This document shows positions 1-9,314 of a stretch of DNA of 64,000 nucleotides, piece by piece; positions within the stretch are counted from its first letter, which is position 1, and the number at the start of each line of letters is the position of its first letter. The translations under genes were made by a program, and so were the position numbers. The notes beneath the pieces are model-generated. The model was not told where the DNA came from. It ran no database searches and saw only the letters and a program-made list of their open reading frames with translations. The stretch comes from Candidatus Eiseniibacteriota bacterium. GTDB taxonomy: Bacteria; Eisenbacteria; RBG-16-71-46; CAIMUX01; VGJL01. The DNA lies in contig JBHGAY010000002.1 of the NCBI GenBank assembly GCA_041946735.1, positions 160,001-224,000 of the forward strand, read 5' to 3'.

Positions 1-16
1 TGTTCGAAATCCGCAT
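1..16 (-). CDS. 5' end of a gene running off the left edge (MRISN...)
   Basis: ATG at 16-14 on the minus strand, preceded by a strong purine-rich RBS (AGGAGAGGAAGG). Only 5 codons are visible. Confidence 0.4.
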
Positions 17-356
17 CCTTCCTCTCCTACCTCTCCCCATCATGGAGAAGCCCACCAGGACAGGCATCCGCCGATCCCTCGGGCTTTTCCGTTGCGTACG
101 ATATCCCGCGCTCGCTGGCGGGGGCAAATACTCCCTGTGCGACTGTCCGGCCATGGGCGACCGCTTCTGCCGATCCATGGGCATTCCGCGCCGATCCTTG
201 CGGACTGCGGCACCCCGATGCAGATCGCGGCCGGAGCCGCCGAGCGCCTTGCAGCGTGCACGCGGCCGTAGCCAGTCCGGCACAGGCGGACCGCAACCTA
301 CCCGCGAACTTCGTTTCTTCATGCGACTTCGGTGATCGGCCCCCGTGAACAGGGCC

Positions 357-372
357 TGGCAGACCTCTTGCT
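357..372 (+). promoter_or_regulatory. sigma54-type (-24/-12) promoter
   Basis: TGGCAGACCTCTTGCT gives GG-N10-GC with TGGCA and TTGC boxes, about 60 bp upstream of the 433 start. Confidence 0.65.
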
Positions 373-432
373 TCCGGGATTTCGTGCCTCGATCGGTTTT
401 TGGCTAGGGGCCCGAGAGCAGAGGAGCGAGTC

Positions 433-831
433 GTGGTTTCGACCCGGATCGTCCTGATCTCCGATTCCGTCCGCTTGGCTGGGCGTCTTCGCGCAGCCCT
501 ACGTCACGAGGGATACACGACAATGGTGCATGGGTTCGCCGGACATCCGAACTTGATTCTCCTCCGCTCTTGCCCCGACCTCCTGATCCTCCATGCGAGC
601 CGGGACGCCGCGCACCTGGAGCGCTGGCGCCAGGGAGTCGAGGCGACTCGGCGGCGGCGCTCGCTGCCGGTCCTCGGGATCGCCCCGCGCCACATGGGCG
701 GGAGGGAGCGTTCGATTCTCGAAGGGATCGCCGATCTCGGCGTTTGCCGGAGGCCCGTGCGCAAGCGAGAGATTCTGGAGCGGATCGACCCCTGGTCCAC
801 CTCCGGGGCTCGACTGCTTCGTGCGAGTTAG
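433..831 (+). CDS. Degenerate single-domain receiver (pseudo-REC) protein
   Basis: GTG at 433 follows a GAGGAG RBS. REC-like pattern (RIVLISDS...PDLLILH...LPVLGI...RRPV...EILERI), but His replaces the phospho-acceptor Asp. Confidence 0.6.
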   Translation: MVSTRIVLISDSVRLAGRLRAALRHEGYTTMVHGFAGHPNLILLRSCPDLLILHASRDAAHLERWRQGVEATRRRRSLPVLGIAPRHMGGRERSILEGIADLGVCRRPVRKREILERIDPWSTSGARLLRAS

Positions 832-925
832 GGCTCGAGTCGGGGCACGAGTTGGGGGCTCGGAATAAGGGGGTCGAGCGGGGGCTTCGAGTAGGGGAGT
901 AGGGCGACAAGAGTAGGAGCTCGAG
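829..925 (+). repeat. Degenerate ~12-bp G-tract tandem repeat (intergenic)
   Basis: Seven runs of G3-5 separated by CTCGAGT-like spacers. Confidence 0.6.
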
Positions 926-990
926 CGAACTTCGTGTGCGACGAGCGAACTTCGCATAGGGATCGCGACGGAAACGGCCGAGGACAGGGG

Positions 991-2793
991 ATGCACGTGG
1001 GTACGCACGCAAAAGAGGCTTCCAAGCTGCCGCCGCGCTGCCAATCGCTCCTCGAGAGCGCGGCGCGCATGACCGGCATGTGGCTCGAGGTGTGGAACGG
1101 GGGACGCGACCCGCTCGCCTCCGCCCCGGTTCCGCCGTCCTGCCGGGCGTGTGGTCGGCGTGATCTCGAACGCTTCTCGGTCTGCCGGCGCGAGCGGGCC
1201 CGGGCTGTGGTCACCGGGTGCGCCGGGAATCCGGAGGGAAGAGGATCGGTCTGCCCGCGCGGCCGGAAGATCCTCTGCGTGCCGATCGCCATGGCCGACG
1301 CCCCGTGGCTGCGGCTCGTCGCATGCGTCAACGGTCATGGCCACCGGCACGGAGAGGTCGCTTCCGCGGATGGCAACGGGCGCGGGGGCGCCGCCCACGG
1401 GAGCGGGAACGGCAACGGGAACGGCAACGGGAAGGGCAGCGGAAACGGCAACGGCAACGGCAACGGCAACGGAAGCGGAAACGGCAACGGGAAGGGCAAC
1501 GGAAACGGCAACGGCCGCAGCGCGAGCGTAAACGGAAACGGCAGCGGAAACGGCAGCGGCAGAGGCGCGGACGAGTCCCGCATCCGCTTCCTCGAGGATC
1601 TGGCAGCCCTCTTCGCCGAGCACCTCTCCTTCGCCCGCTCGCTGACCCACGCGACCGGAGAGCTGACCCACCGTCACGAGGAGCTGGACCTCCTGTATAC
1701 GATCTCCGGCTCCCTGCGCCATGCCGAAGGGGTGCGCAGCCCCTTGCGCCGAATCCTCGAGCAGGCGCGCGTCGCCCTGGTGGCCGATGCCGTCGTGCTC
1801 TCGATCGACTCCAGCCGGGTGTTCGAGCAGGTGTCCGGACCGTCCCTCGGCAACGGCAAGGCGCCGGGCGGGCGGGACTGGCGGCTGCTCTCGAGCTTTC
1901 TCGCGGAGCGTTTCCGCGACGGCGCGCTCGGCTTCTTCGAAGGCGCGCCGGCCGACCTTCCCGGGATGGATGGGCGGCTGGCCGTCGTGCAGCGACTCCT
2001 CGCCGTCCCGCTGCCCGGCAGCGCCGGCAACGACGGCTGCCTCTGCCTCGCCTACATGCAGGCGGAGCGGCGCCGCGGCTCCTCGGAAGTCCGGCTGCTG
2101 AAGCTGCTCGCCGAGAAGGTGTCGATGGCCGTCGCCAACGACCTCCTCGTCGAGGACCTGCACGACTTCCTGATGGCGACGGTGAAGAGCCTGGTCAGCG
2201 CAATCGAGGCGAAGGATCCCTACACGTCCGGCCATTCCGAGCGGGTGAACCTCCTTTCGATGCTTCTTGGCAAGACGATGGGGCTCTCGGCGGCCGATCT
2301 CGAGGTGCTCCGCTGGGCCTCGATCCTGCACGATGTCGGCAAGATCGGGATGCCCGAGGAGATCCTGAAGAAGCCGGGGATCCTGACGCCCGAGGAGTAC
2401 GAGGTGATGAAGGAGCACCCGGACCGCGGCTACAAGGTGCTCGCGCCGATCCGGCAGCTGGAGGCGGCGAGCCTCGGCGTCCGCCATCACCACGAGATGT
2501 TCGACGGACGCGGGTATCCGCTCGGGCTGAAGGGAGAGGCGATCCCGCTCCCGGCTCGGATCATTTCCGTCGCCGACACGTACGACGCGCTGACGAGCAC
2601 CCGCTCCTATCGCAAGCGGCGCGGGCCGGACCAGGCGTTCGCGATCATCCAGGCGGTGCGCGGCACGCAGCTCGATCCGCGAGTGGTCGACACCCTCGCC
2701 GAGCTGATGCCGTTCATCCGCGAGCACGAGGTCATGCTTCAGCCCGAGGGGCTGGAGGGCGCGCCGCTCACACTGCCGTCGCAGGCGGCCTAG
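991..2793 (+). CDS. HD-GYP c-di-GMP phosphodiesterase with PocR-like sensor, Asn-Gly repeat insert and GAF domain
   Basis: HD-GYP motifs intact (HSERV, LHDVGK, HHHEMFDGRGYP, ADTYDALT). N-terminal Cys pattern ends in CPRG..LCVPI, as in PocR. Central GAF-like region. Confidence 0.88.
   Translation: MHVGTHAKEASKLPPRCQSLLESAARMTGMWLEVWNGGRDPLASAPVPPSCRACGRRDLERFSVCRRERARAVVTGCAGNPEGRGSVCPRGRKILCVPIAMADAPWLRLVACVNGHGHRHGEVASADGNGRGGAAHGSGNGNGNGNGKGSGNGNGNGNGNGSGNGNGKGNGNGNGRSASVNGNGSGNGSGRGADESRIRFLEDLAALFAEHLSFARSLTHATGELTHRHEELDLLYTISGSLRHAEGVRSPLRRILEQARVALVADAVVLSIDSSRVFEQVSGPSLGNGKAPGGRDWRLLSSFLAERFRDGALGFFEGAPADLPGMDGRLAVVQRLLAVPLPGSAGNDGCLCLAYMQAERRRGSSEVRLLKLLAEKVSMAVANDLLVEDLHDFLMATVKSLVSAIEAKDPYTSGHSERVNLLSMLLGKTMGLSAADLEVLRWASILHDVGKIGMPEEILKKPGILTPEEYEVMKEHPDRGYKVLAPIRQLEAASLGVRHHHEMFDGRGYPLGLKGEAIPLPARIISVADTYDALTSTRSYRKRRGPDQAFAIIQAVRGTQLDPRVVDTLAELMPFIREHEVMLQPEGLEGAPLTLPSQAA
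1405..1560 (+). repeat. In-frame GGCAAC/GGAAAC hexamer repeat encoding (Gly-Asn)n
   Basis: Directly visible tandem hexamers; translates GNGNGNGKGSGNGNG... Confidence 0.95.
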
Positions 2794-2956
2794 CGACCAG
2801 CGGGTCGTTGCTGCAGGCGCGACAGTTTTGGGGCTGAGAGGCGCGCATTCCTTTGAAGCCGTCCCCGACCTCCGGGGCGGCTTCGCCGGGGGCCGTCCCG
2901 CGCGCGGTACGCGAAGAGCGGACCCGATGCGGGGCGGACCCTGCTACCATCTCGGC

Positions 2957-3232
2957 ATGACCGATTCCATCGAGGAGATCCGGGTCGTCTTCCGCCTCTG
3001 GGGACCGATGCGTCTCGCGGCGAGGCAGGAGACCATCGCCGTCCGGCTTCCTGCGAAGAGCGGCGCGGCAAGACTTTCCGCGGCCCTCGACATCCTCTAT
3101 CGGAGCTTCCCGGCCCTGGCGCCCCATCGCGCGAGCGCGCGGGTCGCGATCGGAAACGACTACGTGCGGGACGACCGTCCGCTCCAGGGCGGCGAGGAGA
3201 TCTCCTTGATCCCGCCGGTGCAGGGCGGATGA
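2957..3232 (+). CDS. moaD: Molybdopterin synthase sulfur carrier (MoaD/ThiS family)
   Basis: Ubiquitin-like size, C-terminal IPPVQGG, ATGA overlap with moaE. Confidence 0.85.
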   Translation: MTDSIEEIRVVFRLWGPMRLAARQETIAVRLPAKSGAARLSAALDILYRSFPALAPHRASARVAIGNDYVRDDRPLQGGEEISLIPPVQGG

Positions 3233-3663
3233 TCGGTGGCGTTCCGGAATCGGCCGCTCCCGCGACCGTCCGTGTGGTCATCACGGCCGAGCCACTCGCC
3301 ATCCCCGCGGAGGAGCGGTCACGTGAAGGGCGCGACGGCGCGGTCCTCGAGTTCTACGGCGTCGTGCGAGACACGGAGGACGGCCGCGCCATCGAGGCGA
3401 TCGATTACGAATGCCATCTCTCGATGGCGCAGGCGCAGCTCGAGCGGATCGCGCGTGAAACGGCCGCCCGCCACTCGCTCTCGGAGCTGATCGTGCTGCA
3501 CCGGATCGGCGTCGTCCCGGCGGGCGAGCCGAGCTTGTACGTGCGCACCCTCGCGCCGCATCGCGGGCCGGCCCTGGCGGCGGTCGCGGAGCTGATCGAA
3601 GACTTGAAGCGCGACGTCCCGATCTGGAAGCACCCGATCGAGCGGCGCGGCGCGGAGGCCTGA
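3229..3663 (+). CDS. moaE: Molybdopterin synthase catalytic subunit
   Basis: GAVLEFYGVVR, HRIG, APHR, LKRDVPIWK motifs. Confidence 0.92.
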   Translation: MIGGVPESAAPATVRVVITAEPLAIPAEERSREGRDGAVLEFYGVVRDTEDGRAIEAIDYECHLSMAQAQLERIARETAARHSLSELIVLHRIGVVPAGEPSLYVRTLAPHRGPALAAVAELIEDLKRDVPIWKHPIERRGAEA

Positions 3664-3768
3664 CCAGACCTCAGCCATCGGGCGGCCCGGCTCATGGTGC
3701 CCCCACTCAGTTTTCCTGCTGCATCACGATGCGGCGGGCGGACCGCACCGCTGCCACTACCACCACCC

Positions 3769-4644
3769 CTACCGCTCGGCCGAGCCCTCGAGCAGCGCCG
3801 TCGCTGCGGTGGCCGCCTCGCGGCCGCTCTCCTCGATCGACCGTCCCGCCCGCCGCCACCACGAATAGACCGCGAGGAACGTGTCGCCGAGTCCGACCGG
3901 CTCGCCGCCCAGCCGGCGAGGCGGAACGGCCGCGACCTCGACCGGCTGCCCGGCGCCGGCGGCGATGCGCGCCCCGTGGTCCCCGCGCGTCACGACGATC
4001 TCGCTCGCGATCTCGGCGAGCGGCGGAGCCCCTGGGGAGCCCGCCAGCGCGTCCACCTCCGACTCGTCGCCGCAGAGGACGGCGAGCGGCGGAAGCTGCG
4101 CGACGAGCGGGTACGCGGCAGGGACGACGACCGCGCCGGGATCGGCGGCGCGCACGAGCCCCTGGATGCCGAGATGGAGCGGCCGCCCGCACTGTGTGAG
4201 CGCCGCCAGCAGCGACGCCGGCAGGTCGCGTGGCAAGAGCGGCCCGAGCAGCACCCATGCGGCCTCGCTCAGCGCCTGCGCGCCGATCCGGTCCGCGTCG
4301 ACCGGGTCGGAGGCGGAGACGGCGAAGAGCCGGCGCTCGTTCGGGCGCGCGCGATCGAACTCGAGGCGGAAGCGGGTCGTTTCGCGCGAGGGATGTTCGA
4401 CGACGCGCACGCGCGCGGGCAGCGCGCCGAGCAGGTCGCGATCGCGTGCGGCGAGCGGGGTGTGGAGGATCACGCGGGCGCCGAGCCGGTCGAGCGCGCG
4501 CGCCGCGTAGAGTCCCGCTCCTCCCGCGCGCACGAGCCCGCTCGGGAGCTCATCGCGGCAAAGCGGCGCGATCAGGAGGACCGGCCTCGGCGCGCGGCCC
4601 AACGAGGGAGCAGCGCGAAGCGGCCGCGGCGGGCGAGCGCTCAC
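3769..4644 (-). CDS. PfkB/ribokinase-family carbohydrate kinase
   Basis: GGAGLYAA at the N-terminus, VVTRGDHGA, and anion-hole-like EPVGLGDTF. GTG start overlaps the stop of the upstream peptidase (GTGA). Confidence 0.75.
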   Translation of the reverse strand: MSARPPRPLRAAPSLGRAPRPVLLIAPLCRDELPSGLVRAGGAGLYAARALDRLGARVILHTPLAARDRDLLGALPARVRVVEHPSRETTRFRLEFDRARPNERRLFAVSASDPVDADRIGAQALSEAAWVLLGPLLPRDLPASLLAALTQCGRPLHLGIQGLVRAADPGAVVVPAAYPLVAQLPPLAVLCGDESEVDALAGSPGAPPLAEIASEIVVTRGDHGARIAAGAGQPVEVAAVPPRRLGGEPVGLGDTFLAVYSWWRRAGRSIEESGREAATAATALLEGSAER

Positions 4645-7244
4645 CGGAGCTTCAGGAGCCGGAGCGTCGCCTCCTGGCCGCCGCCCGCGGTCCGCATGCG
4701 CAGGAAGTAGACGCCGGACGGCAGATCGCGGCCGTCCTCGTCGCGCCCCTTCCAGATCAGGTCGTGGCGTCCCGCCGGGCGATCCTCGTCGAGAAGCTGC
4801 GCGACGCGGCGTCCCTGCACATCGAACAGGTCGAGGCGCACGCGATCGGCTGCGAGCATGTCGAAGAGGATCGTCGTGTCGTCCCGCAACGGCGACGGCC
4901 AGGCGCCGACGAGCCGTGATCGCGCCGAGAAGGCCGGCTCGGGAGCAGAGACGACGCCGACGAGCCGCACGTCGTCGACCGCCGCCTCGTAGAGCGATGC
5001 GGAGCCCCCGTCGTCGGCGACGAAACGCAGGCGCATCCGGTCGGTCAAGGGCCACCGCGTCTCGAGATCGTGGAAGGTGACCTCCGCCCATGCGGCGTCG
5101 CCGCCACGCACGCTTTCGAGGACCGTCCAGCTCTCGCCGTCGTCGTTGGACAGCAGCACGAGGAGCGAGTCGTCCGGCACCGTGCCGTCGACGAACCAGC
5201 GCGAGTAGGAAAGGACGACCTGCCGGGCGCCGGCCAGGTCGATGCGCGGAGAGGTAAGCGTCGTGCGGCCGCCATCGACGTCCGCCTCGCCGGTCGGCGC
5301 GCCTTCGGGCGCGTTGCCGGTGACGAAGCAGGCTCCCGAGCTGTCCCCTTCGGCGTCGATCGCCGGCTGCGCGGAGGTGCCGACCGGCGGCTCCCGGACC
5401 CACAACCCGCTCGTCGCGCCGTCCTCCGGACCGCCGATCGTCCAGCCCTGATCCGCGTCGAAGCTGTCGGCGAAGAGCGCTTCGCGGCCGACGACGAACG
5501 AGAAGGTTCCGTCGTACGGGTCGGTCGCCGCCCGTCCCTCGAGATCGCGCGCGCGAATCGCATACTCGACGCGCCGGCCGGGTCGCTGACGCGGGATCGT
5601 GTAGGAGTAGCGCACCGAGTCGTCGACCGAGCGCATCCGCCCGATCGTCCACGCCCCGCCGTCCACGCGCCACCGCACGACGACGCTGTCGGCCTCGAGC
5701 GGCGCGATGTACGAGAAGATCTGCGCGGTCACCGGGTAGCCGTCGCCGCCGATCGCGGGATCGTGCAACGGCTCGTGCTCGATCCGCACGCGCAGCGGCC
5801 TCGCGTAGCTCGCGAGCAAGGCGACCGCGGACTGCACGTTCGCCCGGAGGAACGGAAAGCTGTTCAGCCCGATTCCGATCCGGTCGGTCGAGCGGTGGTA
5901 GGCGGGATTCGGCGGATTCTCCCCTTCGAAAAAGAAGATCGCGGCGTAGCCGTTGTTCCAGAACGACTGCTGATCCGAGTTGCCGCCGCTCAGCGTCGAC
6001 TCGCGAAACCGATGGCCGGGAAGGTAGGTCTCGATCGCCTCGTAGGTGCGCTCGATGATCTCCGGATACGACGGATCGGTGATGAGGTCGAGGTCGGGAT
6101 CGGCTCCGGCGTAGCCGATCATGTCGAGGTTCACCATCCCCCGGATGTCGAGAGCCAGGTCCGCCGCCTGCCCCGCCCATGCCGCGCTTCCGTGCAGTCC
6201 CTGCTCCTCCCCGGAGAAGCAAAGGAAGATCAGCGTCGCCTCGAACGGCTCGGGCGCGAGCACGCGCGCCGCCTCGAGCACGCCGGCGGTGCCCGATCCG
6301 TTGTCGTCCGCTCCCGGAGAAACGGGAACGGAGTCGTAGTGCGCGCCGATCACGTAGATCTCGTCCGGATCGCGCCAGCCGGGTTTCACGGCGACGACGT
6401 TGTCGCACCACGCGTTGTAGTCCTGGAGCGAGACGTCCTCGATCCCGAAGGACCGGAAGCGCGCGGCGAGCGATTCGGCCGCCTGGTAGCCGGCGGGCGA
6501 AGTCGACACGCGCGGGCCCAGGTCCTGGAGCATCCGCACGTGCTTCTCGAGGCTCGTCGCGTCGACCTCGTCGACGAGCGCGGCGATCGTCGGGTCGCGT
6601 TCGAGACGCCGCGCCGCGCCGCCGGGAGGCCGCGCCTTGGCCGGGGCCGGCGCGGCGAAGCGGATCGGCCGCTCCGGAATCGGCAGCGTCTCGTATTGCT
6701 CCTGCAGCGCGGCGAGGTCGGCGGGACCATGGACGAGGACGACCGTGCGCGGACCGAGCGGGAGGATCTCGCCGAGCGAGGCGAGCGGGAGGCGAGCGGT
6801 CGCGCCCGCGTCTCGGCCGGCGGGATCGAGGATCGTGGCGATGCGGCGGGCACCCGATCCCTCCGGCCGCTCCCAGAGGATTCGCGCCTCGAAACCGGCC
6901 GCGCGGATCTGCTCGAGCGCGTCCCGGCGTCCTGCCCAGGCGAGCGTCTTGCCATCGGCGATCTGCACCGGAGGGGCGTCCGAGGCGGCGAGCGGCGCGA
7001 GCGCGGAGCGATCGGCGGAGTCGATGACGATCAGCAGCCGCTTCTCTTCCGGTCCCTCCGGTTCCGGGATGGTCGCCCCGCCCGCCCGGGCTCCGCCGGC
7101 GGACGGAGGAAGCGGGACGCGTGCCGCGGCATGCGAAGCATACGAAAGCCCGGCCGCGCTCGCGGCGAGCATCCCGAGGATCAGAGACAGGATCCGAAGG
7201 CGGATCGGGATGGCCCGCAACGCGCGTGACCGGGCAGTCTGCAA
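4641..7244 (-). CDS. Secreted M28 metallopeptidase with C-terminal FlgD-Ig/CTD-like domain
   Basis: Signal peptide; GAHYDS, GADDNGSG, GEEQGL, NLDMIG, YH motifs; tail FDVQGRRV...WKGRDEDGRDLPSGVYF. TTG start chosen after a GGAGGG RBS. Confidence 0.88.
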   Translation of the reverse strand: MQTARSRALRAIPIRLRILSLILGMLAASAAGLSYASHAAARVPLPPSAGGARAGGATIPEPEGPEEKRLLIVIDSADRSALAPLAASDAPPVQIADGKTLAWAGRRDALEQIRAAGFEARILWERPEGSGARRIATILDPAGRDAGATARLPLASLGEILPLGPRTVVLVHGPADLAALQEQYETLPIPERPIRFAAPAPAKARPPGGAARRLERDPTIAALVDEVDATSLEKHVRMLQDLGPRVSTSPAGYQAAESLAARFRSFGIEDVSLQDYNAWCDNVVAVKPGWRDPDEIYVIGAHYDSVPVSPGADDNGSGTAGVLEAARVLAPEPFEATLIFLCFSGEEQGLHGSAAWAGQAADLALDIRGMVNLDMIGYAGADPDLDLITDPSYPEIIERTYEAIETYLPGHRFRESTLSGGNSDQQSFWNNGYAAIFFFEGENPPNPAYHRSTDRIGIGLNSFPFLRANVQSAVALLASYARPLRVRIEHEPLHDPAIGGDGYPVTAQIFSYIAPLEADSVVVRWRVDGGAWTIGRMRSVDDSVRYSYTIPRQRPGRRVEYAIRARDLEGRAATDPYDGTFSFVVGREALFADSFDADQGWTIGGPEDGATSGLWVREPPVGTSAQPAIDAEGDSSGACFVTGNAPEGAPTGEADVDGGRTTLTSPRIDLAGARQVVLSYSRWFVDGTVPDDSLLVLLSNDDGESWTVLESVRGGDAAWAEVTFHDLETRWPLTDRMRLRFVADDGGSASLYEAAVDDVRLVGVVSAPEPAFSARSRLVGAWPSPLRDDTTILFDMLAADRVRLDLFDVQGRRVAQLLDEDRPAGRHDLIWKGRDEDGRDLPSGVYFLRMRTAGGGQEATLRLLKLR

Positions 7245-7258
7245 GTCCCCTCCGAGAG

Positions 7259-7588
7259 TCAGCCCAGGAGGTGCTTCTCGATCAGGTCGGCGATCTTCTC
7301 CTTCGACTGGAGCCCCGAGAAGCGATGCACCTCCTTGCCGGCTTTGAGCAACACGACCGTGGGCACCGACAGGATCCCGAATCGCTGTGCCGTCGCCGGC
7401 GCCTCCTCGATGTCGACCTTCGTGACCGCGAGCTGCTCGCCGTACTGCACCGCGAGCTGCTTCATCGTCGGCTCGAGCGCCTTGCATGGGCTGCACCAGG
7501 TGGCTCCGAAGTCGAGGATGGCGGGCTTCCCCACCTTCTCGACGATCTCGTCGTAGTTGGCGTCGTTGACATGAAGCAGCTCGCCCAT
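7259..7588 (-). CDS. trxA: Thioredoxin
   Basis: 109 aa, DFGATWCSPC active site, SVPT cis-Pro motif. Confidence 0.9.
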   Translation of the reverse strand: MGELLHVNDANYDEIVEKVGKPAILDFGATWCSPCKALEPTMKQLAVQYGEQLAVTKVDIEEAPATAQRFGILSVPTVVLLKAGKEVHRFSGLQSKEKIADLIEKHLLG

Positions 7589-7706
7589 CCCGTCCTCCTT
7601 GCCTTTGCTGGGTGCCTATCCGTCCGTCTTCTCTCGCCGTGTCTTCTCTCGCCCTGTCTCGTCTCGCCGTCTTGCTCGGTCTCGCGTCGATCCGCCGCGC
7701 GAAGTG

Positions 7707-9224
7707 TCAGTCCCCGAACTGCACGCCCTGCGCGAGCGGCAGCTCGTCGCTCCAGTTGATCGTGCAGGTCTGGCGGCGCATGTACGTCTTCCACGCGTCG
7801 GAGCCCGCCTCACGCCCGCCTCCCGTCTCCTTCTCCCCGCCGAACGCGCCGCCGATCTCGGCCCCGGAGGTGCCGATGTTGACGTTGGCGATCCCGCAGT
7901 CGCTCCCTTGGTGGGAAAGGAACCGCTCGGCATACTGCAGGTTCCGGGTGAAGATGGCGCTCGACAGTCCCTGGTCGACCCCGTTGTGCAGCTCCATCGC
8001 CTCCTCGAACGAACCGACCGTGAAGAGGTAGAGGATCGGCGCGAACGTTTCCTCGCGCACGATCGCCATGGCGGGATGCGCGCGGACGAGCGCCGGCTCG
8101 ACATAGTAGCCGGGACGATCCAGCTTCCTGCCCCCGTAGAGGATCTCGCCCCCCTGCGCGCGGATCGCATCGAGCGCCCGCATCATCGTCTCGACCGCGT
8201 CCTCGTCGACGAGCGGACCCATCAGGGTCGCGGGGTCCAGCGGGTCGCCGATCCGGATCGTCTTGTAGGCGGCGAGCAGCTTTGCCGTGAACTCCTCGGC
8301 GATCGCGCGATGCACGAAGATCCGGCGCGTCGACGTGCACCGCTGCCCCGCCGTCCCGACAGCTCCGAAGAGGATCGCGCGAAGGGCGAGCTTCGGATCG
8401 GCGTCTTCCATGACCAGGATCGCATTGTTGCCGCCCAGCTCGAGCAGACTCCGGCCAAGCCTCTTCGCGACGACCTCACCGATCCGCTGTCCCATCGGGG
8501 TCGAGCCGGTGGCGCTGACGAGCGGAATCCGCTTGTCGTGGATCATCCGCTCGCCGATCGTCGAGCCGCGGCCGATCACCAGGTTGAAGATTCCGCGCGG
8601 GAGGCCGTGGCGCGCCACGACGCGCTCGGCGATCTTCTGCGTCGCGATCGCGGTGAGCGGAGTGAGGGAGGAAGGCTTCCAGACCATCGTGTCGCCGCAC
8701 ACGGCCGCGATCATCGCGTTCCAGCTCCAGACGGCAACCGGGAAGTTGAAGGCGGTCACGATCCCCACGACTCCCAGCGGATGCCACTGTTCGTACATCC
8801 GGTGGCGCGGGCGCTCCGAGTGCATCGTCAGGCCGTAGAGCTGGCGGGAGAGGCCGACGGCGAAGTCGGCCATGTCGATCATCTCCTGCACCTCGCCCTG
8901 CCCCTCGGTCAGGATCTTCCCCATCTCCAGGGTGACGAGGCGTCCGAGCGCGTCCTTGTGCTCGCGCAGCTCCAAGCCGATCTCGCGCACGATCTCGCCG
9001 CGCTTCGGCGCCGGGATCATCTTCCAGGTCTCGAAGGCGGCGACCGCGCTCTGGAGGACCAGCTCGTACTCCGCCTCGCTCGCCTGGAGGACGCGAGCGA
9101 TCGGCTTGCCGTCGATCGGAGAGACACTCGTCAGCTCGCCCCCCGAGGGATTGTCGAACCATTGTCCGTCGCTGACGCCGGAGTTGACCTCGCCGATCCC
9201 TAGGGAACGCAACCAGTCCTGCAC
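7707..9224 (-). CDS. Aldehyde dehydrogenase, ALDH7/antiquitin (piperideine-6-carboxylate dehydrogenase, AmaB-like)
   Basis: TAFNFPVAVW, LELGGNNA, GTAGQRCT, GTSGAEIGGAFGGEKETGGGRE, C-terminal LPLAQG. Confidence 0.92.
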   Translation of the reverse strand: MQDWLRSLGIGEVNSGVSDGQWFDNPSGGELTSVSPIDGKPIARVLQASEAEYELVLQSAVAAFETWKMIPAPKRGEIVREIGLELREHKDALGRLVTLEMGKILTEGQGEVQEMIDMADFAVGLSRQLYGLTMHSERPRHRMYEQWHPLGVVGIVTAFNFPVAVWSWNAMIAAVCGDTMVWKPSSLTPLTAIATQKIAERVVARHGLPRGIFNLVIGRGSTIGERMIHDKRIPLVSATGSTPMGQRIGEVVAKRLGRSLLELGGNNAILVMEDADPKLALRAILFGAVGTAGQRCTSTRRIFVHRAIAEEFTAKLLAAYKTIRIGDPLDPATLMGPLVDEDAVETMMRALDAIRAQGGEILYGGRKLDRPGYYVEPALVRAHPAMAIVREETFAPILYLFTVGSFEEAMELHNGVDQGLSSAIFTRNLQYAERFLSHQGSDCGIANVNIGTSGAEIGGAFGGEKETGGGREAGSDAWKTYMRRQTCTINWSDELPLAQGVQFGD

Positions 9225-9314
9225 GGAACACCTCCCCGCACCGGGCCCCGCCCGGAGATGACGACCACGCGAAAGGATAGCACAGGGGTCCGGGCGGTCC
9301 CGGGGGGCGGAGCC

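Noticed and set aside
100..170. c-di-GMP-I riboswitch upstream of the HD-GYP unit
   Set aside because: GGCAAA is present, but the GNRA loop/receptor and GACGCAAAG elements are not recognisable
499..2727. 742-aa antisense ORF with a (VA)n stretch, and the many other Arg/Pro/Ala-rich ORFs in the track
   Set aside because: Shadow ORFs caused by high GC and stop-codon scarcity opposite well-supported genes
2957..3232. Bacterial ubiquitin-like conjugation system
   Set aside because: The GG-terminal protein is coupled to a canonical moaE, and no E1/E2/JAB genes are present
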